Assembly: GCF_018350175.1 (NCBI RefSeq)
Contig: NC_058384.1
Span: forward strand, 66,960,001-67,024,000
Source: Felis catus
Lineage: Eukaryota
DNA length: 64,000 nucleotides
Direction: 5' to 3'
Below the pieces are notes generated by a model, which saw only the letters and a list, made by a program, of their open reading frames with translations, was not told where the DNA came from and searched no databases. Each line of letters starts with the position of its first letter. Position 1 is the first letter of the stretch. The translations under genes were made by a program, and so were the position numbers. Below, piece by piece: positions 33,501-51,000 of this stretch.

Positions 33501-34837
33501 CACCCCCAACACCTGACGAGACAATAAGAAAGGTGAGCGGCTGTGTCCCCAGTGTCCTCAGCAACTCGTGGCATGCTGGGCATATGGTAGGCCCTCGGCA
33601 GATATTTTAATGAATCCTCAAAATCTCACGGTGAGGAGTTCACGGTGTAGTGGAAACCCTCTTCTCTGACACGACCTGGAATGGGTTCTTTTATTTCAAC
33701 TTAAAACAAAAAAATACATTCATCTGCCGTCTGTCAAAGTGTGGCCAGGGTCTCTTCTTGGAGAACAGGCCGCGGCTGACTTCTTCATCCTTCGCGCATA
33801 AATGGACCACCTGCGATTTCCAGTTTGCTCACGGGGGGCGGAACAGCGAGTGGCGTGGTTGAAGCAATCTAAGTGCAAAATTCATCTAGACTTTTATTAT
33901 TTTGCAGCCAAATGTGATAATTGTCTTGGTCCCATCTAATTCAATAGTAGTTTTTGAATTGAGTCACCTTAATCAAGACTTCTAAGGATTCGACTTAGTT
34001 TTCATAGAAACGGTGCTTGTTTTCACACTTGGTTCACCAGTTTGCATGATATTTAATTAAATGACAAATTGCAATAACACATACACCAGTGTAAGCACAT
34101 TTGGTACCAACACGGTCAGCTCTTGGTAAGCACCAGCATGACCGGGGCGGGGGTGGAGGCGCGGAACTGCACCGCGTTCTAGAAGGTGTTGACGGCCTGG
34201 GTTTGAGTCCTGGCTTCCCCACTGCCTAGTGGTGTAGCCTGAGAGGACAAACTCATTAACCCTGGTGCTGTCTTTTCTGCATCTGGGAAAGCGGGTCATC
34301 CACTGTGAGGACTGCAGGAGGAAGCACCGTGTGGTTTGTGCCCTGTGTGACCGCCGTGTGACCGCTCATCGCGGCTGTCCCACAGGCCTGCGGGGCTGCC
34401 TCCCAAACCCGTGACGGTACAGCAGTGCGTTCAGAGGTGTCCTCTCTCAGGCTATATCCCCGTTTCCCATTTGAGAAAATAGACGTCTGGAGACGTCAGT
34501 GACTGCAAAGCCTCTTGGCCAACATGTCACAGCTTTTGGAACTGGCAAGGGCCTTAGCAATCATGAGGTTTGGATCCAGAAGGAAATTCACTGTCCATGT
34601 TCCTCCTTCCTTTAGCCCCCTGAGCCCCAAACTTCCAGCGAGGAGCAAACTGGACATCTCAGTGCCGAGACTGCCAAGCCCTTGTTCAATGTGCACAACA
34701 GCCCATCTGTCGATGATGGCACATCATGTGTCCATGCAGCACTGAACCCCCGGGAAGAGGCTTAGTCCCAGAAACCCAGAACGCTTGAGTGTTGCGGAGG
34801 AAGCACAGAGGCCGCGTTCCGGGCCAGCAGAGTGGAG

Positions 34838-40064
<5,227 letters not shown>

Positions 40065-41091
40065 TTACTCCAACGTCCCAACTCGTTCTCTGTCCTCCTA
40101 CAGGACCCAGTTCAAGTAACAGAAAGCCTCCTCCCTCAGCCATCTGGGTCCTTCTGGACCCCACGGCACCTTGTGCCCGCGTCTTTTCCAGCGTTTATCA
40201 CACCGGGTGAAAGTTGCGGACTTTCTTGTCTACCTCTCCTGCCAGATTTGGAACGACGTTAGGGTCTGGCACGTAGTAGGTCCTCAATAAACGTCCATCG
40301 AATGAGATGGAGGTGGCTGGAGGCGATGGCTAATGCGTTAACGCGTGTGTACCCGCTGCCACTGGGCTGTGCGCTTAGAAACGGCTTGATGGGATAAAAA
40401 GGTATGTGTACCTTACCACAACACAAAAAACATTCACTGAACGAGCAAACGAAAGGGCACCTGAACGGAGCACGCGCAGGGCCTCCCCCCCATCATCTGT
40501 TCTCCTCCACCATCACTGTTCCCCACGGACACCCTTGCACTCACAATCTAGGTGCTCCTGGGTGTGGGTCGGGTCAGCTCAACAGATGCTCGGTGAGCAC
40601 CTGCTGCACCCCGGGAGCCATACAGGGTGCCGGGGACGCGGAGCCGAGAGGGCTATTGAATCGGCAAGGAGTCAGCTTTCAGGATGGAGGATGCCGTCCG
40701 GCCATTCATGCCCACGCCCCACTTCGGGGCGTCTTGTTCCACAACTGGCTGGTTCTGGGCCCCCAGCCCCCTGCTCCAGCCATCACATGTGCTTCCCTGT
40801 TAGGATCTCTCTCCTAGAAAGGCAAAGCCTTTTCCTGAACTCTCTTCCCAGGAGACCGGGGGGAGGGTGGTAAAGACTGGGGCCTGCACGCTCAGCACCC
40901 TCTCCCCCCCCCCCATTTCTTTCCTTCTTTCCCCTCTTTCTTGGAAGAGGCAGGCAGAGATGTCTCTCTTTTCAAAGAAATTCCCCCTGCAACTAAGAAC
41001 ACCTAGGAATCCTGCCTTCAAGGCCCTCATCCCTGGGACATTCCGCGCTAACCCCACCAGGTCTCGCGGCCCCAGCCACAGGATCCCTTAC

Positions 41092-41200
41092 CTCCCTCGA
41101 TCCTCTCTGCGGCCGGCTTTCTGGAATGGTCCCTCTGGCTTGGGTTACCTCCCCAAGCCCTTAGCTCAAAGCCCCGGGGTTACCAGACAACCAGGCACCG
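41092..41200 (-). other. TTC24: Candidate non-coding exon 1 of TTC24
   Basis: The ATG exon is preceded by tandem acceptors (ctccgcag|tgtcag|cacgATG, exon start 39906 or 39900), so an upstream exon is implied. The nearest strong minus-strand donor I saw is GAG|GTAAGG at 41092/41091. 5' end unknown. Confidence 0.35.
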
Positions 41201-41601
41201 CCCTCCACTCCTAGGGAATCTTTTGATGGACAGTTCAGACGACCTATCCCAGTGCTGAATCACTGATGGCACTTGGGCAGTTACCTGGATTCCATCGCCC
41301 TTCCTGCCCCACCACTGCCCACCTCTGCACACACCCCTCAAGTCCCTCACTTTAAGCAAGGAGCCAAAGCGTGACGGGCCTGTGCCTGGTTACGACCTCA
41401 GAGATCATCTGTGCCAAACTCTCATTCCGCAGAGGAGGGGACCAGGCTCAGAACGCAGGCAGGACTTGCCTGAGGTCACAGAACCATGCAGCTGGGGTTA
41501 GAGCCCAGGTTTTCTGATTCTGGGCTGATTAGCCCAGGGTCCCTTCCACTGCACTGGGATTGCAAGCTTTAATGAGGCCTGGGCTGTCCTAGAAGTGAGC
41601 C

Positions 41602-41605
<4 letters not shown>

Positions 41606-41652
<47 letters not shown>
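41606..41652. repeat. (CA)n microsatellite, about 23 units
   Basis: Seen directly. Confidence 0.97.
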
Positions 41653-41654
<2 letters not shown>

Positions 41655-41888
41655 ATACACTGTGCTCCTGTGTGGGTACATTCCACATTTGGGAACGAGG
41701 GGAAAGGTGATGGTCACGAAAGGCCTGGAGATCAGAAGAGTCTCTCTGCCCCCGCTCTGATCTGCAACATCCATGTTCTGCTTAATGAGAGGACAGCAGG
41801 CCCGTGACAGCGGACCCTACTGTGCTAACTCGCTGAGGGTGGCTGGCATTAGAAAGCAAGTGTCCTCATTTACCTGGGGCAGAAGCCT

Positions 41889-42734
41889 TTTTATTTTTTT
41901 TAAATTTTTAATGTTTATTTATTTTTGAGAGAGAAAGAGCATGAGCAGGGAAGAGGCAGAGAGAGGGAGACACAGAATCCGAAGCAGGCTCCGGGCTGTC
42001 AGCACAGAGCCCGACGCGGGGCTCGAACTCCCAAACTGCGAGATCATGACCTGAGCCGCAGTCAGACGCTTAACGAACCGAGCCACCCAGGCGCCCCCGG
42101 AAGCCTCTTTTAAAGTAGAGAGGCCTTCGCCAGAAACCAAGTTACCAGGAAGTAGTTGGGCTCCCCTGAAACGGCTGGACAGTGTTTGCTGAACGTCTGC
42201 GGTTTGCAGACACCGTGCCTTGTGCCACAGACAGGGCCCGTGCCCGCAGGCTTTCCCAGCTGCCTGCAGCTCCCACCCGTGGGCTGGCCTCCAGGACGCT
42301 CCCACAGCCCGGCCAGGGCCTGCCAGGCAGCTCCTCTGTGCCCAGTCAGCAGCCTTCCCTTAAGGGGAGAGGTTTTACGGAGGTACAGGGACTCGAACTA
42401 CTCTCACCGAGGTTCCAACGACCTCTCAATGACCCAGTGATCATTTCCGAATCATTTTCTTGTTTGACCCCCCACTTTATCCGACATCTCCTTGCAACTC
42501 CGTCCTCACTAGGGCTTCCAGGACCCGTGTCCTGGCTCTTTCTTTTCTCCGGACAGTTCCTTCTCTGTCTCCTTTGCTGGGCCCTCTGTCCACCCCTTAA
42601 ATGCTAACGGTCCCCAGTGCTCTGCCCTCTGCCCTTTTCTTACCTTACGCACACATCCACGAACACTGCATCCACGCCTCTGATTTTCACACCACTGATA
42701 AGCCAATAATTTCTTTTATTGTTTATTTATTTAT

Positions 42735-42787
<53 letters not shown>

Positions 42788-42965
42788 GAGTGAGCACCAG
42801 CTGGGGAGGGGCAGAGAGAGAGGAGAGAGAGAATCCCAGGCAGACTGCGATGTCAGCTCAAAGCTCCATGCAGGGCTTGATCTCATCACTATGAGATCAT
42901 GACCTGAGGGGAAATCAAGACTCAGACGATTAAGCTTAACCGACTGAGCCACCCAGGCGTGCCCC
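41889..42965 (-). mobile_element. SINECs 41889-42097 and 42713-42965 (long (GA)n; C-run just past the head end)
   Basis: Characteristic structure. Confidence 0.9.
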
Positions 42966-44799
42966 CGCCCCCCCCCCCCCCCCCCCCCCGCCAATAATTT
43001 CTACATGCCTATCTCTAGACTTACTTCGTCCAAGCAAAATTCCTGTTTCCTCCCATCTACTGACCCCACGTTCCCAGTGTTAGCTGCCCCACCACCAACC
43101 CAGTCGTGAACTGGGAACGCGGGGGCCATCCGTGACCCCTCTCCTCTGCTCTGGGTCTTACGGTTCTACCTCTGAAGCCTCTCCCCAGCGCGCCCTCCTC
43201 CGCTGTTTCATAGCCACAGCCATGGAGGCGGCTTAGCGCACGGCGGTGGAGAATTCAAGCTTGGGGCTGCACTTATGTCTTGGTGCCACCAGTTTTTAGC
43301 TGTATGACATTTCTAAGCCTCCGGTTCCCTCATCCCTCTTGTGAAGATTAAACAAGATAATGCTAAATATAGTACCAGTAGGCAAGAACACCGGATGCGT
43401 GTCATTCTTGTGTGTTGGTCCCTAACCCTGGTATGCGAGAAATACCTCTCTGCTCAGCCCCTGTTTCAAGCCCCTGTTGCACTGGGATGGTGGAGACAAT
43501 ATGAGTCGGGATCTCTGTCCCCTCCTTTCTCCCAGGATGCAGGGAGTATGGGACGCTAGGACTTGAGAGGGAAGGCCCGTTGGGTCCTCAGCCATTTACT
43601 TACTATCCACCGACACCTCCTTTCATCTCATGGACCTGGCCCTGACGGGGCCAGGGGCCCTCGTCCCAAAGCGGAAGTGAGGGTAACCCATCCGGGTACT
43701 TCCTTTCTGGTTCAGCTGGGGAGTTTCTGCACAACCTCATTATGCAACTGCTCCTTGTCAGGGTCCTGTGCTGCCCGGAAAGCAGGGAGGGCGACCTCCA
43801 TCACCAGGAGCCTAGATTCTCTGTGCTTTCCTGCTGGTGGAGAGCAAAGGGGATCCCTTCGGATCTCAGGGAGCACCCCGTGTCTTCAAACCCCACATCT
43901 CCCAGTTTTGTCTCCGCCCTGAGTCTCTTCTGTCCCTCTGAAGGTTTGGATGTTTTCTGTTTCGTACCCCTTCACATCCCTCCCCTGAGGCTATGAACCT
44001 AGGCTGCCTCCTTGCTTGAATGAGGCATGGGAGTGGGGGGGGGGGGGCGGAGGGCAATAGGAGAAACACCAGATGGGGAAGCCTGCTAGTTAATATAGTA
44101 AAAAAATAAAATAAAATTCAGGACAGGTGTCAGAATTATTTTTACGAGTTCAGACTTTACTATCTCCACCTGTGCTACTGCCTTGCGGTCTCCACTGGCC
44201 TCTGCCCCTAGCCTCCCCCCGCTCCACGCCCGGCTGCAGAAGGAGTCTTTATAAACTCGGAATCTGGCGCTGCCCTGGGTCCGAAGTGTTCCTCGGCTCG
44301 TGACAGCCCCCCAGAGCACCTCCAGGCACGTCAGCGCCGCGCGAGGTACCGCAGCGCCCGCCGTGCCCCTCCAGGCTCTCTTCCCGCGTCTCCCCGACCG
44401 AGCGTCGTTCTCCGATAAAACCGAACCGCTTCTTATTTCCTGAACTCACCTCCGGGCTCTTGCACATGCTGTTTCCACGGACTGAAATTCCTCTTTCAGT
44501 CTGATGAATTCTTGTTCCCTTTCCAACCCAGATCAGCTGCCGCCTCCACTAGGAAGTCTTCCTGACCTTCCCTGCCCTTAGCTTCGCGGCAGCAGTGACC
44601 TCGTCCCTCTGAGTATCACTGACCTCTAATTTATTTGACTTTAGGTCTGTCACCGATTCCAGAACAGCGGCTTTTAAGGCACTAATCATGTTGATTTACC
44701 TCTGCATCCGCACCATCTAGTTCAGTACAAGCTGGCCCGCAAGTTGGCGGGAACCAAGAAAGCTACAGGAAGCGGAGCGGGGTCCGTGGGGACACCGGA

Positions 44800-45087
44800 G
44801 AGAAATGACGGCGGCAAGGGCAGAGGCTACCTTAGCAGCGGAGGAGCCCTAGAGGAACAAAGCGCCCACCGCAGGGCGGAAAAGGGAGGGCGGCTCCCCC
44901 CGCCCTTCCCCCACCCGCGGCGGCCTCCGCCTCCGCACCTGGCGGCTCTCCTGCGCCTGCGCGCGCGCGGCCTGGAACTACAAATCCCAGCGCCCCCCGC
45001 GGCCTGGCCGGAAGTGCGCTCCGGCCGCGGCGTCGGTGAGGGCGGTGGCCGGGCGGCGGGAGATTCAAACCTGGAAAGAGGAGGAAC
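44800..45087 (+). promoter_or_regulatory. IQGAP3: IQGAP3 CpG-island promoter
   Basis: CpG-dense 44750-45400; NRF1-like TGCGCCTGCGC 44952-44962; ZNF143/THAP11-type ACTACAAATCCCAG 44977-44990; ETS CCGGAAGTG 45008-45016; E2F-like GGCGGGA 45055-45061; CHR TTCAAA (reverse TTTGAA) 45064-45069. Confidence 0.8.
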
Positions 45088-48000
45088 ATGGAGCGGCGGA
45101 GAGCGGGCGCGGGCCCGGCGCCGTGTGAGTGCGGAGGGGACCGAGGAGGGCGGCGGGCCTGCGCTGCGCGGGGAGGGAGCCCCCAGTCGCGTCTCCGGCG
45201 GGCCGCAGTGGCACCGGGAGCGGCGAAACGCCGGACCCCGCCGCGCTTCCAAGCTTACCGACCTTTCTGCCGCATCCCCACGTTCCGGGGCCCTGAGGCT
45301 GAGCGGGTGTAGGTGGTCTGGGTGGCCGCGTAGAAAGGCAGCAGTTACGGATGGCAGGCTTGCACGCCCAGCGCTACGCGGGGAAGGGGGGGGGGCGGGA
45401 CACCCAGAGACCTCGGCTTTTGATGACGCTTTGAGATCAGGCCTCTCAAAGGTTAGGGTCAGAATTACCCAGGAGACTTGTTTCGAATCCGCATTCCGCA
45501 GCCCTCTCCCAGAGCTTCAGCTCCAGCAGGTCTGGACTGGGGCCCTTCTCTGCGTTTGTAGCAAGCCCGCTGCGCTGCTTCCCGCACCCCACGTAATCAG
45601 GCAGGTAGTCCGTGGGCCGCGCTTGCAAATACACTGCTTGAGAAAGAGACCGGGGTCAGGAGGTTTGGTGGCAGAAAGGTTTCTGTTTGACCTTCTGAAT
45701 GAAAGGCGAAATCTCCTTCTTCCGCCTCTTCCCCTTCCTTGCCGTTAGCGTTTAAAAAACAAAGTCCCGGTTCTCCGTTCTGTTGAAGGGAAGCTAGTTT
45801 CAGACCTTAGAAGGGCAGGAAGACTGTTTTTAAGACCCATGAGTGTCCAAAGCCCCGCCCATCTCACACAGCCCTCAGCTCGGGGCTCTGAGGTGATGTC
45901 ATTCGCTTACTGGTCGATTTTCCGTGCTTAGCAGCCAACACTTGTTCCTTGTACACTCCCTGGAGGGAACCGATGGATTTCCTATGATTGGCTGGGCCTT
46001 TCGGATCTGAACGCAGAGGTTTTGTGCGTGTGTGTGTGTGTGTGTGTGTGTTTTAACTTGCTCAACTGCCGGTTCCAACAAGCCCTGCCCCTCCTCCAAA
46101 TCATGTTGCAGGATATGCACGATAAGGAAATGAGGTAAAGAGTAGGATTGGCATGAAGTGTTGAGTCAAAGACAGACTGATTCAGCTCTGTCTCTTTTCA
46201 GGCCCTCTGTGTTTATTTCTTGTGTGTGTGTGTGTGCGTGCAACTTTGTCTCACCGCGTCTGGTTTTGTATTGTCTTCCCTAAGGAGACTCCAGAGGTGG
46301 GGGGACAGGAGGAGGGGGCTGTGGGAGGGCACAATACGTGTGCTCTCTCACTTAAGGGACCCCAGTTCTTAAGTTTGGGGTCAGAATATTGTCTGCATTT
46401 TATTGAGCTTGGAGATTATTCTCCTCCTCGAGTGACTTATACCAAAAAGGAGAGTAAAGGTAGCTTTGTGATCTTTTAAAACTCTCTCTCTTTCCACTTA
46501 ATCCCAAGTGAGTGCCCTTTTCCACATGATTCCCTTTGTTGAACGACCTCCCCCTCTGCCCCTTTCTGCCTGTTTGTTCTTAAAAATTTTTTTAATGTTT
46601 ATTTTTTGAGAGAGAGAGAGAGCAGGGGAGGGGCAGAGAGAGAGGGAGACACAGAATCCGAAGCAGGCTCCAGGCTCCCAGCTGTCAGCACAGAGCCTGA
46701 TGTGGGGCTTGAACTCATGAAGCATGAGATCATGAGCTGAGTCGAAGTTGGACACTTAACCGACTGAGCCATCCAGGCGCCCCTGTTTCTTTGTTTTTTT
46801 TAAGTTTATTTGTTTTGAGAGAGAGCGCGTGTGTGAGCACGCATGTATATGAGCAGGGGAGGGGCAGGAGAGAGGAAGAGAGAGAATCCCAAGCAGGCTC
46901 CTCGCTATCAGCCTGGAGGGCTCCATCTCACAAACAGTGAGATCATGACCTGAGCCGAAATCAAGAGTGGGACTCTTAACCTACTGAGCCACCCAGGTGC
47001 CCTGTTTCTTGAGAGTAAGGGTCTGCTAGCCCAGAGCCTGACATGCAGAAGGTAGCACGTGAATGAGTGGCTGTGGGATGGTGAGTCCCGTTGGTCCTGT
47101 TAGCCTAAGTCTCTGGGAGGGTCCTTGGGGAGGACGACACGGCCCAGGTCTTAGAGAACTCAGAGGCTATTAGGGATAGAATAAGGAGCTAAGTTCCCAG
47201 CCACGGAGGGGTCTGGACATCCGTGTGGGGAGACCCCGAGGGAAGGGCTTGAAATGGAGGGGAAGGAGGGGTCAGGAGCTGGCTGGAGAGGAACAGGAGG
47301 GAACACCTCTGACACAGGGGAGCCCCCTGTTGCGGGTGCTGACCAGAGCGGCTTTACGGGGTGGGGGCTGGAGATGGGAGGCAGGGCTGTCGGGAAGAGG
47401 GGCACCGACGTGTGAGGTGCTCCAGGTCACTGGGCAGAGTTGCCTAAGAAAGTCTGTTAAGAAGCAGCTTCAGTGCTGTGGCCCTTTGTCCTACACTCCC
47501 CGCCTTGACCTTATCCCCCTGACTCCTCAGATGAACGCCTCACAGCCGAGGAAATGGACGAGCAGAGGCGGCAGAACGTGGCCTATCAGTACCTGTGCCG
47601 GCTGGAGGAAGCCAAGCGGTAAGCGGAGGGGCTGCCTCCTTCTGGAGCCCCGTCCCCTCCCTGCCCGCCCCAGGCACCTGCCCCTAGCCAATGCAAAAGG
47701 AGTCCATTCTGTGGGAGAGGGAGAGTTGAAATAGCACCCCTCTCTCTCTTTTATTTAGAGAGAGAGCAGGTTAGCGGGGGAGGAACAGAGAGAGAGTAGC
47801 CTACTCACTGACATTTCATAGCCCGACGCAGGGATCGAATTCACGAACCCGTGAGATCATGACCTGAGCCAAGATCAAGAGTCAGATGCTTCATGGACGA
47901 GCCCCCCAAGCACCCCATCTTTTTTTTTTTTTTTCTTCTTGTTTTAAGGCTTTATCTTGCTAGAGCAGTTTCAGGCTCAAAGTTAAGAGGAGGATAGAGA

Positions 48001-51000
48001 TTTCCCATATGCCCCCTGCTCCCACACATACACAGCCTCCTCCACTATCAGCATCTCCAAGAGTGGTACGTTGGTTGCACGTGATCAACTCACCTTGACA
48101 CATGATCCCCCAAAGCCCGCAGCTTACCTTGGAGTTCACTCTTGGTGTTGCACACCCTGTGGAATGCGTCACAAACGTAGAATGACGTTATCCGTCAGTG
48201 TGGTGTGTTGGAGTAAGTTCACTGCCCTAAACATCCTCTATGCTTTGCCTCTTTGTCCCCGCATCCCGCCCCCTGGCAACCACTTATCTTTTTTACGGTC
48301 TCCATCGTTTCTCCATAGTTGGAACCATAAGGTACGTAGCCTTTGCAGACTAGCTTCTTTCACTTAGCGACGTGCGTTTGAGATTCCTCCGTGTCTTTTC
48401 AGGGCTTGACTGCTCATTCCTTTTTTTTCTTTTAAGTTTATTTTTGAGAGCGAGAGAGACACAGAGAAAGTGTGATCAGGGGAAAGGCAGAGAGGGATCA
48501 CCTACTGAAGGACTTCTTGGTTGCTTCCAAGCTATGCCATTTACCATCAAAGCTGCTATAAACATCTGCCTGCAGGGTTTTTATCTATCTATCCATCCAT
48601 CCATCCATCCATCCATCCATCCATCCATCCCTCTATAGAGAGCACAAGCGGGGGAGGGGCAGAGGAAGATAGAGAATCTTAAGTAGGCTCCATGCTCAGC
48701 ACGGAGCCCAATGCAGGGTTTGACCCCAGGACCCCTGGGATCATGACCTGAGCCAAGATCGAGAGTTGGATGCTCAACCAACTGAGCCACCTAGGCACCC
48801 CTGCATGCAGGTTGTTCTGTGGTCATATGTTTCAACTCCTGTGGGCAATTACCCAGGGTGAGGCGGCTGGGTTGTATGATAGGAAAATTCTGGGTTTGTA
48901 AGAAAGCACCAAGCCGTGTTCCAAGGCGGCTGCACCATTTTGCTTTCCCAGCAGCAGTGAGCAAGGGCTCCTGGTGGTGCACCTCCTTGCGGCACCGGGT
49001 GTAGACGGTGTGCAGACTGCGGTCATTCCAACAGGTGCAGTGGTATCTCATTGCTTCTATTTCATTTTTTCCCGGGTGACATAATGGAGTGGGGCAACTC
49101 TCCTGTGCTTCTTTCCCATCTGTGTGTCTTTGGTGAGGTGTTCGTTAATGGGTCTCTGTGGCCCATATTTTAATCAGCTGTTCTTTTATTGTTGAGTTTT
49201 AAGAGTCCTTGCTTCCATTCATTCATTCATTCATTCTTTTTTTTTTTTTTTAATTTTTTTTTCAACGTTTTTTATTTATTTTTGGGACAGAGAGAGACAG
49301 AGCATGAACAGGGGAGGGGCAGAGAGAGAGGGAGACACAGAATCGGAAACAGGCTCCAGGCTCCGAGCCGTCAGCCCAGAGCCCGATGCGGGGCTCGAAC
49401 TCACGGACCGCGAGATCGTGACCTGGCTGAAGTCGGACGCTTAACCGACTGCGCCACCCAGGCGCCCAATTCATTCATTCTTAATAAGCTCCACACCCAA
49501 CACAGGACTCAAACTCACAACCCTGAGATCAGGAGCCACATGCTCTACCGACTGAGCCAGCCAGGCGTCCCGTTCTTTGTGTATTTCAGATACTGGTCTT
49601 TTATCAGATGTGCGTTTTGCAAATATTTTCTCCCAGAGCGTGTCTCGTCTTCTCATTCTCTTGACATTGTCTTTTCTGGAGCAGAAGTTTTTCATTTTAA
49701 TTAAGTCCAGCTGGCCAATTATTTTTTTTCAACGACTGTGCCTTTGGCATTATATTTAAAAAGTCATTGCCAGGGGTGCCTGGCTGGCTCAGTCGGTGAA
49801 GCATGTGACCTTTGATCTCGGGGTCGTGAGTTTGAGCCCCACGTCGGGTACGAAGATTACTTAAAAAAAAAAAAAAAGTTATCGCCACACCCAAGGTCAC
49901 CTAGGTTTCCCCCGTGTTATCTTCGAGGGGTTTTATAGTTCTGCATTTTACATTTAAGCTGATGATCCCTTTTGAGTTGATTTTTGTGAAGGGTGTGAAG
50001 TCAGCCTCTGGATGGATTTCTTTTGCGTGTGGACGTCCCGCTGTTCCAGTGCCATTTGTTGAGGAGATGATCTCTGCTCCATCGGATCGCCTTTGCTCCT
50101 CTGTCAAAGATCAGCTGGCTGTGTTTACGTGGGTCTGTTTCTGGGCTCTGCATCCTGTCCCGTTGGTCTGTCTGTTTTTTCACACTGCCTCGATTCCTGT
50201 GGCTAAGTTGGGTCTCGTCCGTCTTCCAACTCTGTTCTTCTCCTGCAATGTCGTGTTGGCTCTCCTGGTCCTTCAGGCTCCGCATACAGGCTTTAGGATC
50301 AGGGTCTTGCTATCCACAGCGTAACTGGCTGGCAGTTCGTTCGGGATGGCTCCGAGCGTGTGGATCCAGCCGGGAAGAGCTGGCGTCCTCACGGTACAGG
50401 ACGTGGGCGTCTTCCACGTAGTGTGGTTTTCCGTTGATTTTGTTCATCAGGGTTTCGTAGTTTTCCTCAGAGATCTTGTACGTATTTTGTTAGACTTAGA
50501 CCTAAGTATTTCATTTTGGGGGTGCTGATGGGAACCGTGTGTGTTTTTCAAACCCCACTGTTCGCTGCAGTATATGGGACAGTGGTTGACTTCAGCGTAT
50601 TAAGCCCGCGTCCCGCAGCTTTGCTGCGCTCCTTACTGGGTCCCGGAGGCTTTGTGTCGCCTTCTTTCCGATTTTCCACGGAGACGGTCACGCTGCGGAC
50701 AAAGACAACACCCCGTCCTCTTATCCCCCTACACACGTCCTTGCCTGTCTCTAAAGTGTGTGGACATCTGCTTACATACTAACCACGATGCTATTATAAT
50801 AGCCAAAGAAGTCCTCCATCGATCCCGGGAAGGTCCATACCCAGGCCATTTTCAAATTTTCCTGATTGTCTGAAAAAAATAGCCTGTTTTTCAGCTGGCT
50901 TATTCAAATAAGGATCTGAAACGCTCACATATTGTATCCGACGTTGTGTCTCTTACATCTTCTTTAATCCAGGATGACCCGCCTCCCCTTTTCAGTTCTT

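Noticed and set aside
44744-45748. 334-aa plus-strand ORF spanning the IQGAP3 promoter
   Set aside because: Starts at TTG, runs across promoter motifs and intron 1 in a different frame from IQGAP3; GC-island artefact.
47329-47345. REST/NRSE-like TCAGCACCCGCAACAG on - in IQGAP3 intron 1
   Set aside because: Several mismatches in the invariant CGGACAG half; likely chance.
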